DNA of 17,849 nucleotides, from the IMG/VR virus record IMGVR_UViG_2541047705_000005; one strand, written 5' to 3'. The stretch is from a virus. Lineage: Duplodnaviria; Heunggongvirae; Uroviricota; Caudoviricetes. A program made the position numbers and the translations under genes. The notes beneath the pieces were generated by a model. The model saw only the letters and a program-made list of their open reading frames with translations, was not told the origin of the DNA and ran no database searches. Of the stretch, positions 1 to 7,922 are shown in pieces (the stretch's first letter is position 1; every line of letters begins with the position of its first letter).

Positions 1-1254
1 ATGCTGGAACAAATGGGCATTGCCGCGAAGCAAGCCTCGTATAAATTAGCGCAACTCTCCAGCCGCGAAAAAAATCGTGTGCTGGAAAAAATCGCCGATG
101 AACTGGAAGCACAAAGCGAAAGTATCCTCAACGCTAACGCACAGGATGTTGCAGACGCGCGTGCCAATGGCCTTAGCGAAGCGATGCTTGACCGTCTGGC
201 ACTGACGCCCGCACGGCTGAAAGGCATTGCCGACGATGTGCGCCAGGTGTGCAATCTCGCCGATCCTGTGGGGCAGGTAATCGATGGCGGCGTACTGGAC
301 AGCGGCCTGCGTCTTGAGCGTCGTCGCGTACCGCTGGGGGTGATTGGCGTGATTTATGAAGCGCGCCCGAACGTGACGGTTGATGTTGCTTCCCTGTGCC
401 TGAAAACCGGTAACGCGGTGATCCTGCGCGGCGGCAAAGAAACCTGTCGCACTAACGCTGCAACGGTAGCGGTGATTCAGGACGCCCTGAAATCCTGCGG
501 CTTACCGGCGGGTGCCGTGCAGGCAATTGATAATCCTGACCGTGCGCTGGTCAGTGAAATGCTGCGTATGGATAAATACATCGACATGCTGATCCCGCGC
601 GGTGGGGCTGGTTTGCATAAACTGTGCCGCGAGCAGTCGACAATCCCGGTGATCACAGGCGGTATAGGCGTATGCCATATTTACGTTGATGAAAGTGCAG
701 AGATCGCTGAAGCCCTGAAAGTAATTGTCAACGCGAAAACTCAGCGACCGAGCACATGTAATACGGTAGAAACGTTGCTGGTAAATAAAAACATCGCAGA
801 TAGCTTCCTGCCCGCATTAAGCAAACAAATGGCGGAAAGCGGCGTGACGTTGCACGCTGATGCAGCCGCGCTGGCGCAGTTGCAGGCAGGCCCCGCGAAG
901 GTGGTGGCTGTTAAAGCCGAAGAGTATGACGATGAGTTTCTGTCATTAGATTTGAACGTCAAAATCGTTAGCGATCTGGATGACGCCATTGCCCATATTC
1001 GTGAACACGGCACGCAACACTCCGATGCGATCCTGACCCGCGATATGCGCAACGCCCAGCGTTTTGTTAACGAAGTGGATTCCTCCGCTGTTTACGTTAA
1101 CGCCTCTACGCGTTTTACCGACGGCGGCCAGTTTGGTCTGGGGGCGGAAGTTGCGGTAAGCACACAAAAACTCCACGCGCGCGGCCCAATGGGGCTGGAA
1201 GCTCTGACCACTTACAAGTGGATCGGCATTGGTGATTACACCATTCGTGCGTAA
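1..1254 (+). CDS. proA: Gamma-glutamyl phosphate reductase (glutamate-5-semialdehyde dehydrogenase), complete
   Basis: 417-aa ORF whose translation ([36 protein letters not shown]...[12 protein letters not shown]) I recognise as enterobacterial ProA; length matches E. coli ProA; ATG at position 1, TAA at 1252-1254. Confidence 0.95.
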   Translation: MLEQMGIAAKQASYKLAQLSSREKNRVLEKIADELEAQSESILNANAQDVADARANGLSEAMLDRLALTPARLKGIADDVRQVCNLADPVGQVIDGGVLDSGLRLERRRVPLGVIGVIYEARPNVTVDVASLCLKTGNAVILRGGKETCRTNAATVAVIQDALKSCGLPAGAVQAIDNPDRALVSEMLRMDKYIDMLIPRGGAGLHKLCREQSTIPVITGGIGVCHIYVDESAEIAEALKVIVNAKTQRPSTCNTVETLLVNKNIADSFLPALSKQMAESGVTLHADAAALAQLQAGPAKVVAVKAEEYDDEFLSLDLNVKIVSDLDDAIAHIREHGTQHSDAILTRDMRNAQRFVNEVDSSAVYVNASTRFTDGGQFGLGAEVAVSTQKLHARGPMGLEALTTYKWIGIGDYTIRA

Positions 1255-1368
1255 ATAAAACCGGGTGATGCAAAAGTAGCCATTTGATTCACAAGGCCAT
1301 TGACGCATCGCCCGGTTAGTTTTAACCTTGTCCACCGTGATTCACGTTCGTGAACATGTCCTTTCAGG

Positions 1369-1444
1369 GCCGATATAGCTCAGTTGGTAGAGCAGCGCAT
1401 TCGTAATGCGAAGGTCGTAGGTTCGACTCCTATTATCGGCACCA
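1369..1444 (+). tRNA. thrW: tRNA-Thr (anticodon CGU)
   Basis: 76-nt sequence GCCGATATAGCTCAGTTGGTAGAGCAGCGCATTCGTAATGCGAAGGTCGTAGGTTCGACTCCTATTATCGGCACCA: acceptor stem, D-loop AGCTCAGTTGGTAGAGC, anticodon loop with CGT, T-loop GGTTCGACTCC, encoded CCA; sits just downstream of proA as thrW does in E. coli. Confidence 0.93.
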
Positions 1445-1457
1445 TTCTAATGTCTCC

Positions 1458-1607
1458 CCAAGTCTACTCAAGTATTTAAAAACCTCTTATAATCCGCATG
1501 TTAGCGCCCCTTTTAGTCTTTTGACGTCTACTTAAGTACTCCAAAATCTACAGTCAATTGGGGGTACTTTTGGGGGTATTTGCTGTTCGGTTTAGTGGAG
1601 GTACCCC
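1458..1607. repeat. attL-proximal repeats: direct TCTACT(C/T)AAGTA x2 and a 10-bp inverted repeat TTGGGGGTAC...GTACCCCCAA (1557-1566 / 1598-1607); candidate integrase arm-type or int regulatory sites
   Basis: Read directly from the sequence between thrW and the int start codon; function inferred from position only. Confidence 0.35.
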
Positions 1608-1610
1608 CAA

Positions 1611-2825
1611 GTGAAACTCAATGCCCGTCAAATAGACACTGCCAAGCCAAAAGAGAAGGCTTACAAGCTGGCTGATGGTGGTGGTCTGTATCTCTTGGTA
1701 AAACCTAGTGGAGGAAAATATTGGCGCTTCAAGTATCGTGTAGCTGGTAAAGAGAAGCTGTTAGCACTAGGTGTGTATCCTGAAGTTACCTTGGCTGATG
1801 CTCGTGCAAAACGTGAAGAAGCTAAAAGGGGTATCGCTGGGGGTATCGATCCGATGGAAGCGAAACGAGAGGAAAAGATTGCCCGGGAAACGCAGTTAAA
1901 CAACACCTTCAAAGATATTGCCCTTGAGTGGCACAGCAGCAAATTAAAAAAATGGTCTGCTGGTTATGCTTCAGACATCCTCGAAGCCTTCAACAAAGAT
2001 GTGTTCCCTTACATTGGCAAAAAACCAATCGCCGAAATCAAACCACTTGAACTGCTGAATGTGCTGCGGCGCATCGAGGGGCGCGGTGCTACCGAAAAAG
2101 CCAAAAAAGTGAGGCAGCGATGTGGGGAAGTTTTCCGCTATGCAATTGTCACTGGACGTGCTGAGTATAACCCTGCACCGGATCTCACCAGCGCGATGCA
2201 AGGTCATGAATCTAATCATTATCCTTTCCTCACAGCCAAAGAATTACCTGATTTTTTCAAGGCATTGTCCAGTTACTCAGGAAGTGCATTGGTTGTTATG
2301 GCGGCTCGTTTACTGATTATCACCGGTTTGCGGACTGGCGAACTGCGCGGTGCATTATGGGATGAAATCGATCTCAACAAGGCTATCTGGGAGATACCTG
2401 CTTCACGGATGAAAATGCGTCGCCCTCATGTAGTGCCTTTGTCTGAGCAGGCTCTTTCGCTTATTGGGCAGATTAAAGAACTAACTGGCAATTATCCGCT
2501 TATGTTTCCCGGCCGTAATGATCCAAGGAAAACAATGAGCGAGGCTAGCATAAACCAAGTATTTAAACGCATCGGCTATAACGGAAAGGTTACTGGTCAT
2601 GGCTTCCGGCACACTATGAGCACCATTTTGCATGAGCAGGGCTATAACACCGCGTGGATAGAGACACAGCTTGCGCACGTTGATAAAAACTCAATTCGTG
2701 GCACATACAACCATGCGCAATATCTGGATGGGCGGCGGGAAATGCTTCAGTGGTACGCTGATTATATGGATTCGCTCGAGCATGGCGGAAATGTGGTGCA
2801 TGGTGAGTTCGGAAAATGCGGGTGA
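1611..2825 (+). CDS. int: Tyrosine site-specific recombinase, P4-like integrase family
   Basis: 404-aa ORF starting MKLNARQIDTAKPKEKAYKLADGGGLYLLVKPSGGKYWRFKYR (typical P4-family N-terminus); C-terminal catalytic region with ...HGFRHTMSTILHEQGY... (H-x-x-R) and ...LAHVDKNSIRGTYNHAQY (catalytic Tyr region). GTG start at 1611 preceded by GGAGG; adjacent to a tRNA gene. Confidence 0.9.
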   Translation: MKLNARQIDTAKPKEKAYKLADGGGLYLLVKPSGGKYWRFKYRVAGKEKLLALGVYPEVTLADARAKREEAKRGIAGGIDPMEAKREEKIARETQLNNTFKDIALEWHSSKLKKWSAGYASDILEAFNKDVFPYIGKKPIAEIKPLELLNVLRRIEGRGATEKAKKVRQRCGEVFRYAIVTGRAEYNPAPDLTSAMQGHESNHYPFLTAKELPDFFKALSSYSGSALVVMAARLLIITGLRTGELRGALWDEIDLNKAIWEIPASRMKMRRPHVVPLSEQALSLIGQIKELTGNYPLMFPGRNDPRKTMSEASINQVFKRIGYNGKVTGHGFRHTMSTILHEQGYNTAWIETQLAHVDKNSIRGTYNHAQYLDGRREMLQWYADYMDSLEHGGNVVHGEFGKCG

Positions 2826-2953
2826 CTGGTTGAGTATACAGTAGTAGACTTTGAGCGACGAAAGAAAAGGCTGTGTCTAGGGTCGCTCCCGAAAATCCGT
2901 ACACCTCGACGGACTGGTACAGCCACTACAGTAGAGGACGCTGAGGTGTGCGT

Positions 2954-3751
2954 ATGATTGATATTCATGCCGAATTAAACGAATACAAAAAAGATTTTAT
3001 TTCTTTACGTGAATTTCTTGAGGTCGTGCTTAAGGTCGCTGGTGATGATTATGATGTTTCAGATGTCATAACTTGGATACTCAGGAGAATAAGCGGAGAA
3101 CATATCCGCCTGTACACAGTAAATGAATTTAAGCTGTTGGAATCTTTTTGTAACCCGTATCGGGATGAATTTGATAATGATGTTCTTTATAGAAATCTGA
3201 ATGCGGTTCGGAAACGTGGTTGTTTACCTGGTGAGAGGGATGAAAATGGTTTTCTGGTGTCCGGTTATTGGGAAGATCCCGAATTTGAGAACATTGGATT
3301 TATAAGGGGTGAAATTTTCGCAATTTTTCCCGATGTCCTTGACGCGTTAACGAAGCTGGAAGGCGCTAACTCTTCTGAAAATGACGAGGCACAAGGACGC
3401 GATATTGAAAAGAAAGAGTTGCGTACAGAGGATGATTTATTATCCCAAATCGCAATGCTGGAAAAAGAAAACGCAGAGTTAAGGGCAAGGATAGAGCAGT
3501 TAGAGCAAGAGCGCCCGATACACTTATATAAATACTGGGATAAAGACCCATTAGCTAAGGCTATTGAGATTAGAAACAGAGAGTGGGCCAATTACGATCC
3601 AGAAAATGATTTTGCCACCAGGGGAAATCAAGAAGCGATAACCAGGGAGCTTAAGCAGTGGGGGGCAAGTAATGCACTTGCAACGCTCATAGAGAGGACT
3701 GCCTGCCCTATTAACCGAGACAACAGTCAAAAGAACGCAAAGCCGGATTAA
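2954..3751 (+). CDS. Hypothetical protein with central coiled-coil (LLSQIAMLEKENAELRARIEQLEQE); function unknown
   Basis: ORF-track ORF 2948..3751; I prefer the ATG at 2954, which is 5 nt downstream of GAGGTG. No recognisable catalytic motif. Confidence 0.6.
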   Translation: MIDIHAELNEYKKDFISLREFLEVVLKVAGDDYDVSDVITWILRRISGEHIRLYTVNEFKLLESFCNPYRDEFDNDVLYRNLNAVRKRGCLPGERDENGFLVSGYWEDPEFENIGFIRGEIFAIFPDVLDALTKLEGANSSENDEAQGRDIEKKELRTEDDLLSQIAMLEKENAELRARIEQLEQERPIHLYKYWDKDPLAKAIEIRNREWANYDPENDFATRGNQEAITRELKQWGASNALATLIERTACPINRDNSQKNAKPD

Positions 3752-3765
3752 CGCACCATACCGCA

Positions 3766-3910
3766 TACCCTGAGGGTGATTTACTGTTACCCTGAGGGTA
3801 TTTTTTTATCTTCCCCGTCAATTTTACCATCACCCTTAGGGTAGATTTCCTCCCGATTACCATCACCCTTAGGGTAGATTTCCTTCCGGTAACCATTAGG
3901 CCTGAGGGTA
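3766..3910. promoter_or_regulatory. Array of five near-palindromic ACCCT-N-AGGGT sites (3766-3777, 3789-3799, 3832-3842, 3865-3875, 3900-3909), including a 27-bp direct repeat TACCATCACCCTTAGGGTAGATTTCCT x2, upstream of alpA
   Basis: Read directly from sequence; the dyad symmetry suggests binding sites for a dimeric regulator in the alpA promoter region. Confidence 0.45.
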
Positions 3911-3978
3911 TGAAAATATTCGTTATTTCTGTGCCATGATTACCTCGTCAAATTGAGTAGACGTTATGAGGTAAATAT

Positions 3979-4176
3979 ATGTCAAATACGCTTATTCGTT
4001 TAACAGAAGTTCAGCGTAGAACTGGATATAGCAAGGCATGGATTTATCGCCTTATGGGGCAAGGTAAATTTCCTGCATCAGTTAAAATTGGCTCGCGAGC
4101 TATTGCTTTCGTTGAGAGTGAAATTGACGAGTGGATTAATCAGCGTATTGCGGAATCACGCGGAACAGCTACCTGA
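3979..4176 (+). CDS. alpA: AlpA/Vis-family prophage transcriptional regulator (small HTH protein)
   Basis: 65-aa protein MSNTLIRLTEVQRRTGYSKAWIYRLMGQGKFPASVKIGSRAIAFVESEIDEWI, the characteristic AlpA pattern; GAGGT RBS; position after int is typical for P4-like elements and Gram-negative PICIs. Confidence 0.8.
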   Translation: MSNTLIRLTEVQRRTGYSKAWIYRLMGQGKFPASVKIGSRAIAFVESEIDEWINQRIAESRGTAT

Positions 4177-4253
4177 TTAAATGGCTACGGGGCTATTGCC
4201 CCCAGCTATCCACCAGCAAATAAAAGTAACTTAATTCGATAGCAGGAGTTTTT

Positions 4254-5054
4254 ATGAAATTTCCAAAAACGCCCGTACAGGGGCGGGGCTTCGTTCGGCC
4301 TGAAAACCAGAATCTGCAAAATTTCGGCGAAATTATCCCGATTATTTCCGGCGTTATTGGCGGGAGTGAAACCACTATTGTTAGCGCCAGAGCGTTACAT
4401 AAGGCGTTAGGTGTAGGGCGCGTTTTCCGTTCGTGGATCAAGGGGCGCATTGAAGAATATGGGTTCACGGAAGGCGTGGATTATGAGGTTGTTGAATATT
4501 TGAGCCGACCCGATCCGGTGAGCGCAAAATCTCGCCAGCAAACCGCTCTTGAGTACATCATCACAGTGAACATGGCGAAAGAACTGGCGATGGTCGAACG
4601 TACCGAACAGGGCCGCGCCGTTCGCCAGTACTTTATCAAATGCGAGGAGGAGCTACACAAGGTTGCGCCTGTTCGTTCCGCAGCGTTACGCCGGGAACTG
4701 AAAGCCCGTATCACAGTTGCCAGCTACTTTAAGCCAATGTGTGCCGCGCTGGAGGCGTACCGGGCTGAACTGGGTAAAAACACACTCCAGCACCACTACA
4801 CCACGGAAGCGAACATGCTGGCGCGTATCGTGCTGGGTGGCATGACTGCAAAACAGTGGGCACTGGCGAACGGCATTACAGGCGAACCACGCGACCACAT
4901 GAGCACGTTGCAGCTTGAGCACCTTTCTTACCTTGAGCAGAGCAATATCACGCTGATTGAGTTAGGCCAGGACTACCACCAGCGGAAGGCTGAATTAATT
5001 CGTCTTTCGCAGCGTTGGTTAGCCCGTCGCATGGAGGAAAACAGCCATGTGTAA
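4254..5054 (+). CDS. Phage antirepressor-like protein (AntA/AntB-type N-terminal domain)
   Basis: 266-aa ORF; N-terminal SARALHKALGVGRVFRSWIKGRIEEYGFTEGVDYEV and later ITVNMAKELAMVERTEQGRAVRQYFIKCEEEL resemble antirepressor motifs as I recall them; AGGAG RBS 6 nt upstream. Family assignment is from memory, not a search. Confidence 0.55.
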   Translation: MKFPKTPVQGRGFVRPENQNLQNFGEIIPIISGVIGGSETTIVSARALHKALGVGRVFRSWIKGRIEEYGFTEGVDYEVVEYLSRPDPVSAKSRQQTALEYIITVNMAKELAMVERTEQGRAVRQYFIKCEEELHKVAPVRSAALRRELKARITVASYFKPMCAALEAYRAELGKNTLQHHYTTEANMLARIVLGGMTAKQWALANGITGEPRDHMSTLQLEHLSYLEQSNITLIELGQDYHQRKAELIRLSQRWLARRMEENSHV

Positions 5055-5771
5055 CGCTCTGACCGTTACAAAAAGAGAAAGCGCCCCGTTGCCGGAGCGC
5101 CTTTGTGAACGAATAGCCTACTGCGCCATATTGCTTACTGTCTACGAGGCAGATTATAGCGTTGTGGTCGCACAGAGTGAAGGCGCTGATCACCGTTACT
5201 ACAGCACGCCAGAAATGCAGAATATTTTGCTGCAAAATGTCGTTGGTCACACTGTCCGGAAAGCAAAAAATTTTGCTGGTGGCGCGACTGATGCGATTTT
5301 GTCAGGTCGCCAGGTGCTGATCAATCTGATGTCTGATTTCGTTCTGGATAAAACAAAGGCGACCGCAGAGGGCCGCCAGTGGGAAAGCTACATACTTGAA
5401 CGCATCGCCAACAATGCCAGATTTGCGGCTGGTGGGCAATGTGTCAGCTTTGCACCAATGACTCTATGTTTAACTGAGGGTCATTATGGTGAATATGCTG
5501 GCTTGCTGGTGGGCTATTCCTGCTCTTTAACATTGCCATGCCGCGATGTTTTCCAGGTATGCGACCCCATTTTTGTGCACCTGTACTCTTTAAGGAATTT
5601 CTCAAGGACAAACGCACAGGGCGCGAATCTGTCTGACTCATGCTCGTACGCTATCTTTCTGCGCTGTCTTTTCCGTGCCGGTGATGGTGTATTGGTTGAT
5701 TCTTTGTTGGTCATGGCGCTGCCCTGTAAAATAATGCACCGTAGTTCCTCACACCACGGCACCTATAGTGG

Positions 5772-6044
5772 TTATTCCTGCTCTTTAGCTTTGCGCCGCT
5801 GGAGTTCTTCACGCGCGACGGTGACGAGTTGCCCGATTTCCTCGGCAGCTTTGACTCCGATTTTTTCCACCTGCGCTAGGGCATCGAGCGAAGAAACCAG
5901 GGGATTTTCTCCGCTTCCTTCTGCCTGGCGGCGGGCGATTTCACCGCGAACGGCTGTAATCACGAAAGCGGCTATTGTTTCCCCTTCCGTTTTCGAATTT
6001 TCCATTTCCTCGATTACATCATGGGGGAAGCGGATATTTTTCAT
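5772..6044 (-). CDS. Putative ribbon-helix-helix (CopG/Arc-like) DNA-binding protein, divergent from the replication operon
   Basis: Minus-strand ORF (track 5772..6077); internal start gives MKNIRFPHDVIEEMENSKTEGETIAAFVITAVRGEIARRQ, which fits the RHH N-terminal beta-strand/helix pattern. No clear SD for either start, so the start is uncertain. Confidence 0.45.
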   Translation of the reverse strand: MKNIRFPHDVIEEMENSKTEGETIAAFVITAVRGEIARRQAEGSGENPLVSSLDALAQVEKIGVKAAEEIGQLVTVAREELQRRKAKEQE

Positions 6045-6168
6045 TTGCGATCTGCTGTTGATGTTTCCTGTTGCCATCAGAATGTCCGGTTATTTTGAGG
6101 TGTGTACACATTACACCAAAAGGTGTGTTGATAAAACACTTGACACTGTAGCACACTTAAATTTAATT

Positions 6169-6201
6169 TGTATATACACCAATTGTTGTGGTGTATATAC
6201 A
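6169..6201. promoter_or_regulatory. Perfect 12-bp inverted repeat TGTATATACACC-N9-GGTGTATATACA (candidate operator) in the divergent intergenic region; a TTGACA hexamer lies at 6140-6145
   Basis: Read directly; lies between the minus-strand RHH ORF and the plus-strand operon starting at 6268. Confidence 0.45.
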
Positions 6202-6267
6202 GCAACGCCCCGCAGTGGTGGCACACATGCAGGGCGTCTAACCAAACCGTTAAACGAGGTAACGATT

Positions 6268-6633
6268 ATGGCTGGAACACAGCATACCCAAACTCACCCT
6301 AAATTTATATACACCTTCCTGGCGGTGCACCGTGATTGCATTGCTGACGGTAAAAACACTGTACACGTAGCCGCCGATACGCTGGTTGATGCCTGCGAGA
6401 TGCTCAATGACATGGGCTATATCTCGGCAACATGGAAAGGGCGCGAAGAAAACACGCTGTTTATTCAGAAATGCGAAAACAATTTTATCTGGCGTTTTAT
6501 CGCCCTGAGTACGGCACAACCGCGCGTGATTCACATCGAGGCCACCAGCGAACAGGAAGCACGCCAGCAATCTCCTGATGGCTGCGTGATGGTATTCGCT
6601 GCCCGTATTCGCCAGGAGGTGGAGCATGTGTAA
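6268..6633 (+). CDS. Hypothetical protein (first gene of replication-module operon)
   Basis: ATG at 6268 preceded by GAGGT; it is the 3' part of the stop-free track ORF 5047..6633; the stop overlaps the next start (CATGTGTAA junction). Confidence 0.6.
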   Translation: MAGTQHTQTHPKFIYTFLAVHRDCIADGKNTVHVAADTLVDACEMLNDMGYISATWKGREENTLFIQKCENNFIWRFIALSTAQPRVIHIEATSEQEARQQSPDGCVMVFAARIRQEVEHV

Positions 6634-6850
6634 TGCAACATGGCCTGATGCAGCGGTAGACGCTATCAAAACGCTGATGGATTCACTTATTGAGATTTCT
6701 GCTATCGCTGGTGTGGCGCATAAACACGCAGCCAGAGAATCAGAATGCATCTCCCATTATTTAGCATTTGTGCAGCTGAAAGCCGATCAGGCACTGGATA
6801 AGGCCGGAAAAATTATCATGGCTGATGTACAGGAGGTGCACCATGCATAA
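6626..6850 (+). CDS. Hypothetical small protein
   Basis: 74-aa ORF, start overlaps upstream stop (translational coupling). Confidence 0.5.
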   Translation: MCNATWPDAAVDAIKTLMDSLIEISAIAGVAHKHAARESECISHYLAFVQLKADQALDKAGKIIMADVQEVHHA

Positions 6851-7208
6851 CCTGTCAATTTCTGACCTTAACAGCATTCAGTTTGACGAGATATTTTCCG
6901 GGCAGCTACTGGTCAACGTGGAGAATGGACGCGTGGTAAGTAATTATCACCTGCCGGATGGTGCAATTGCCGGAAGCGTTGAAGCATTGCTGGAGCTGGC
7001 GGAACGTGCGCGACTGATTAAGCCGTCAACGTGCCATCACGATGATGATCTGCATTTTACCGGGTGTATGGTGAGTCACTACGAAAACGGCGTTGAAGTA
7101 TCCTGCGAACGTCTGCGTGATGATTGCTGTTTCGGCACACTGCCGGAATTTATCGAATTGCTGACCAGTTGCGGTTATCAGGTCATTCAGGGGGGTAAAC
7201 ATGCGTGA
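6843..7208 (+). CDS. Hypothetical protein
   Basis: Track ORF 6825..7208; I prefer the ATG at 6843 (MHNLSISDL...) preceded by CAGGAGGT; overlaps the upstream stop by 8 nt. Confidence 0.55.
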   Translation: MHNLSISDLNSIQFDEIFSGQLLVNVENGRVVSNYHLPDGAIAGSVEALLELAERARLIKPSTCHHDDDLHFTGCMVSHYENGVEVSCERLRDDCCFGTLPEFIELLTSCGYQVIQGGKHA

Positions 7209-7434
7209 TGATCGTTTTAATTCCCTGAAACAGGAGTTTGATGGCGCACCGGAAGATACATCGGGCGCATTGTTGAGCATTGCTGACATGATGAAAGCTG
7301 CATATTTTCTTATCAATACCAGTGGCTACAAGTCAGAGGGTGAAATGATTCTTAGTATTGCGTCGGACTATGCTGAATATGTGGCAGAGACGCGTTACAG
7401 AAGAAAATCTCTGGAGGATGTAAGCCATGCATAA
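7201..7434 (+). CDS. Hypothetical small protein
   Basis: 77-aa ORF; ATG overlaps the upstream TGA. Confidence 0.5.
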   Translation: MRDDRFNSLKQEFDGAPEDTSGALLSIADMMKAAYFLINTSGYKSEGEMILSIASDYAEYVAETRYRRKSLEDVSHA

Positions 7435-7627
7435 TCATGAAGCGCATGTACCCGTAGTGCTTAATGTGCCAGATGATTTCACCGGACGCGTGCTGGTTTA
7501 CCTGGATAAAGGGAAAGTGAAATCACAATGCCGACTGAAAAGTAATGAGATTGTTGGTTCTCCTGAATTTTTTTCTGAACTTTGTATTCGTGCGGAAATA
7601 AAACCGGAACTGCTGACAGGAAAATAA
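7427..7627 (+). CDS. Hypothetical small protein
   Basis: 66-aa ORF; GGAGG 9 nt upstream; overlaps the upstream stop. Confidence 0.5.
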   Translation: MHNHEAHVPVVLNVPDDFTGRVLVYLDKGKVKSQCRLKSNEIVGSPEFFSELCIRAEIKPELLTGK

Positions 7628-7631
7628 AACC

Positions 7632-7922
7632 ATGAAAAAGAAAAATTCTGGCTTTACTGCCAGCGGCCTCTCTCGGCCTGAAATCCGCCCCGGTGATATT
7701 TTCCGGGACACCAGACGCGGGGGACGGGTGGTTATTCGTCACGTTACGCCAGGCAATATCACCTACCGCCGTGAGGCTTACGAATATGACTGCGTAATGC
7801 CGCGCCGTCAGTTTGAGCGTGATTTTATTCTGGTGGAAAACAAACAACAGGCAGTGGCGAGACGTGCAGCCACGAATATTAAAAAAATCCGGGCAATGTT
7901 GGTTGCGGGAGGTAAGAAGTGA
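7632..7922 (+). CDS. Hypothetical small basic protein
   Basis: 96-aa ORF; its stop overlaps the GTG start of the primase-like gene. Confidence 0.5.
   Translation: MKKKNSGFTASGLSRPEIRPGDIFRDTRRGGRVVIRHVTPGNITYRREAYEYDCVMPRRQFERDFILVENKQQAVARRAATNIKKIRAMLVAGGKK

Noticed and set aside
741-1335. Minus-strand ORFs (103 aa and 129 aa) overlapping proA
   Set aside because: They lie antisense within a well-recognised full-length proA and have low-complexity translations; treated as antisense artefacts.
1255-1368. Long-loop inverted repeat AACCGGGTGATGC...GCATCGCCCGGTT after proA as a terminator
   Set aside because: The loop is about 38 nt with one mismatch and no clear T-tract; it may be part of the native proA-thrW intergenic structure but I cannot support a specific call.
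2853-2888. Hairpin GAGCGAC...GTCGCTC after int as a rho-independent terminator
   Set aside because: The loop is about 22 nt and there is no downstream T-tract.
3711-3896. Minus-strand 61-aa ORF
   Set aside because: It is built from the ACCCTNAGGGT repeat array, giving a repetitive translation (RKSTLRVMV x2); a repeat artefact.
5047-6633. Single 528-aa protein as given by the ORF track
   Set aside because: The middle 250 codons are Cys/Ser-rich and cross an intergenic operator region and an antisense RHH-like gene. Only the 3' part (6268-6633, with its own SD) is convincingly coding; the 5' part is flagged as a finding rather than called.
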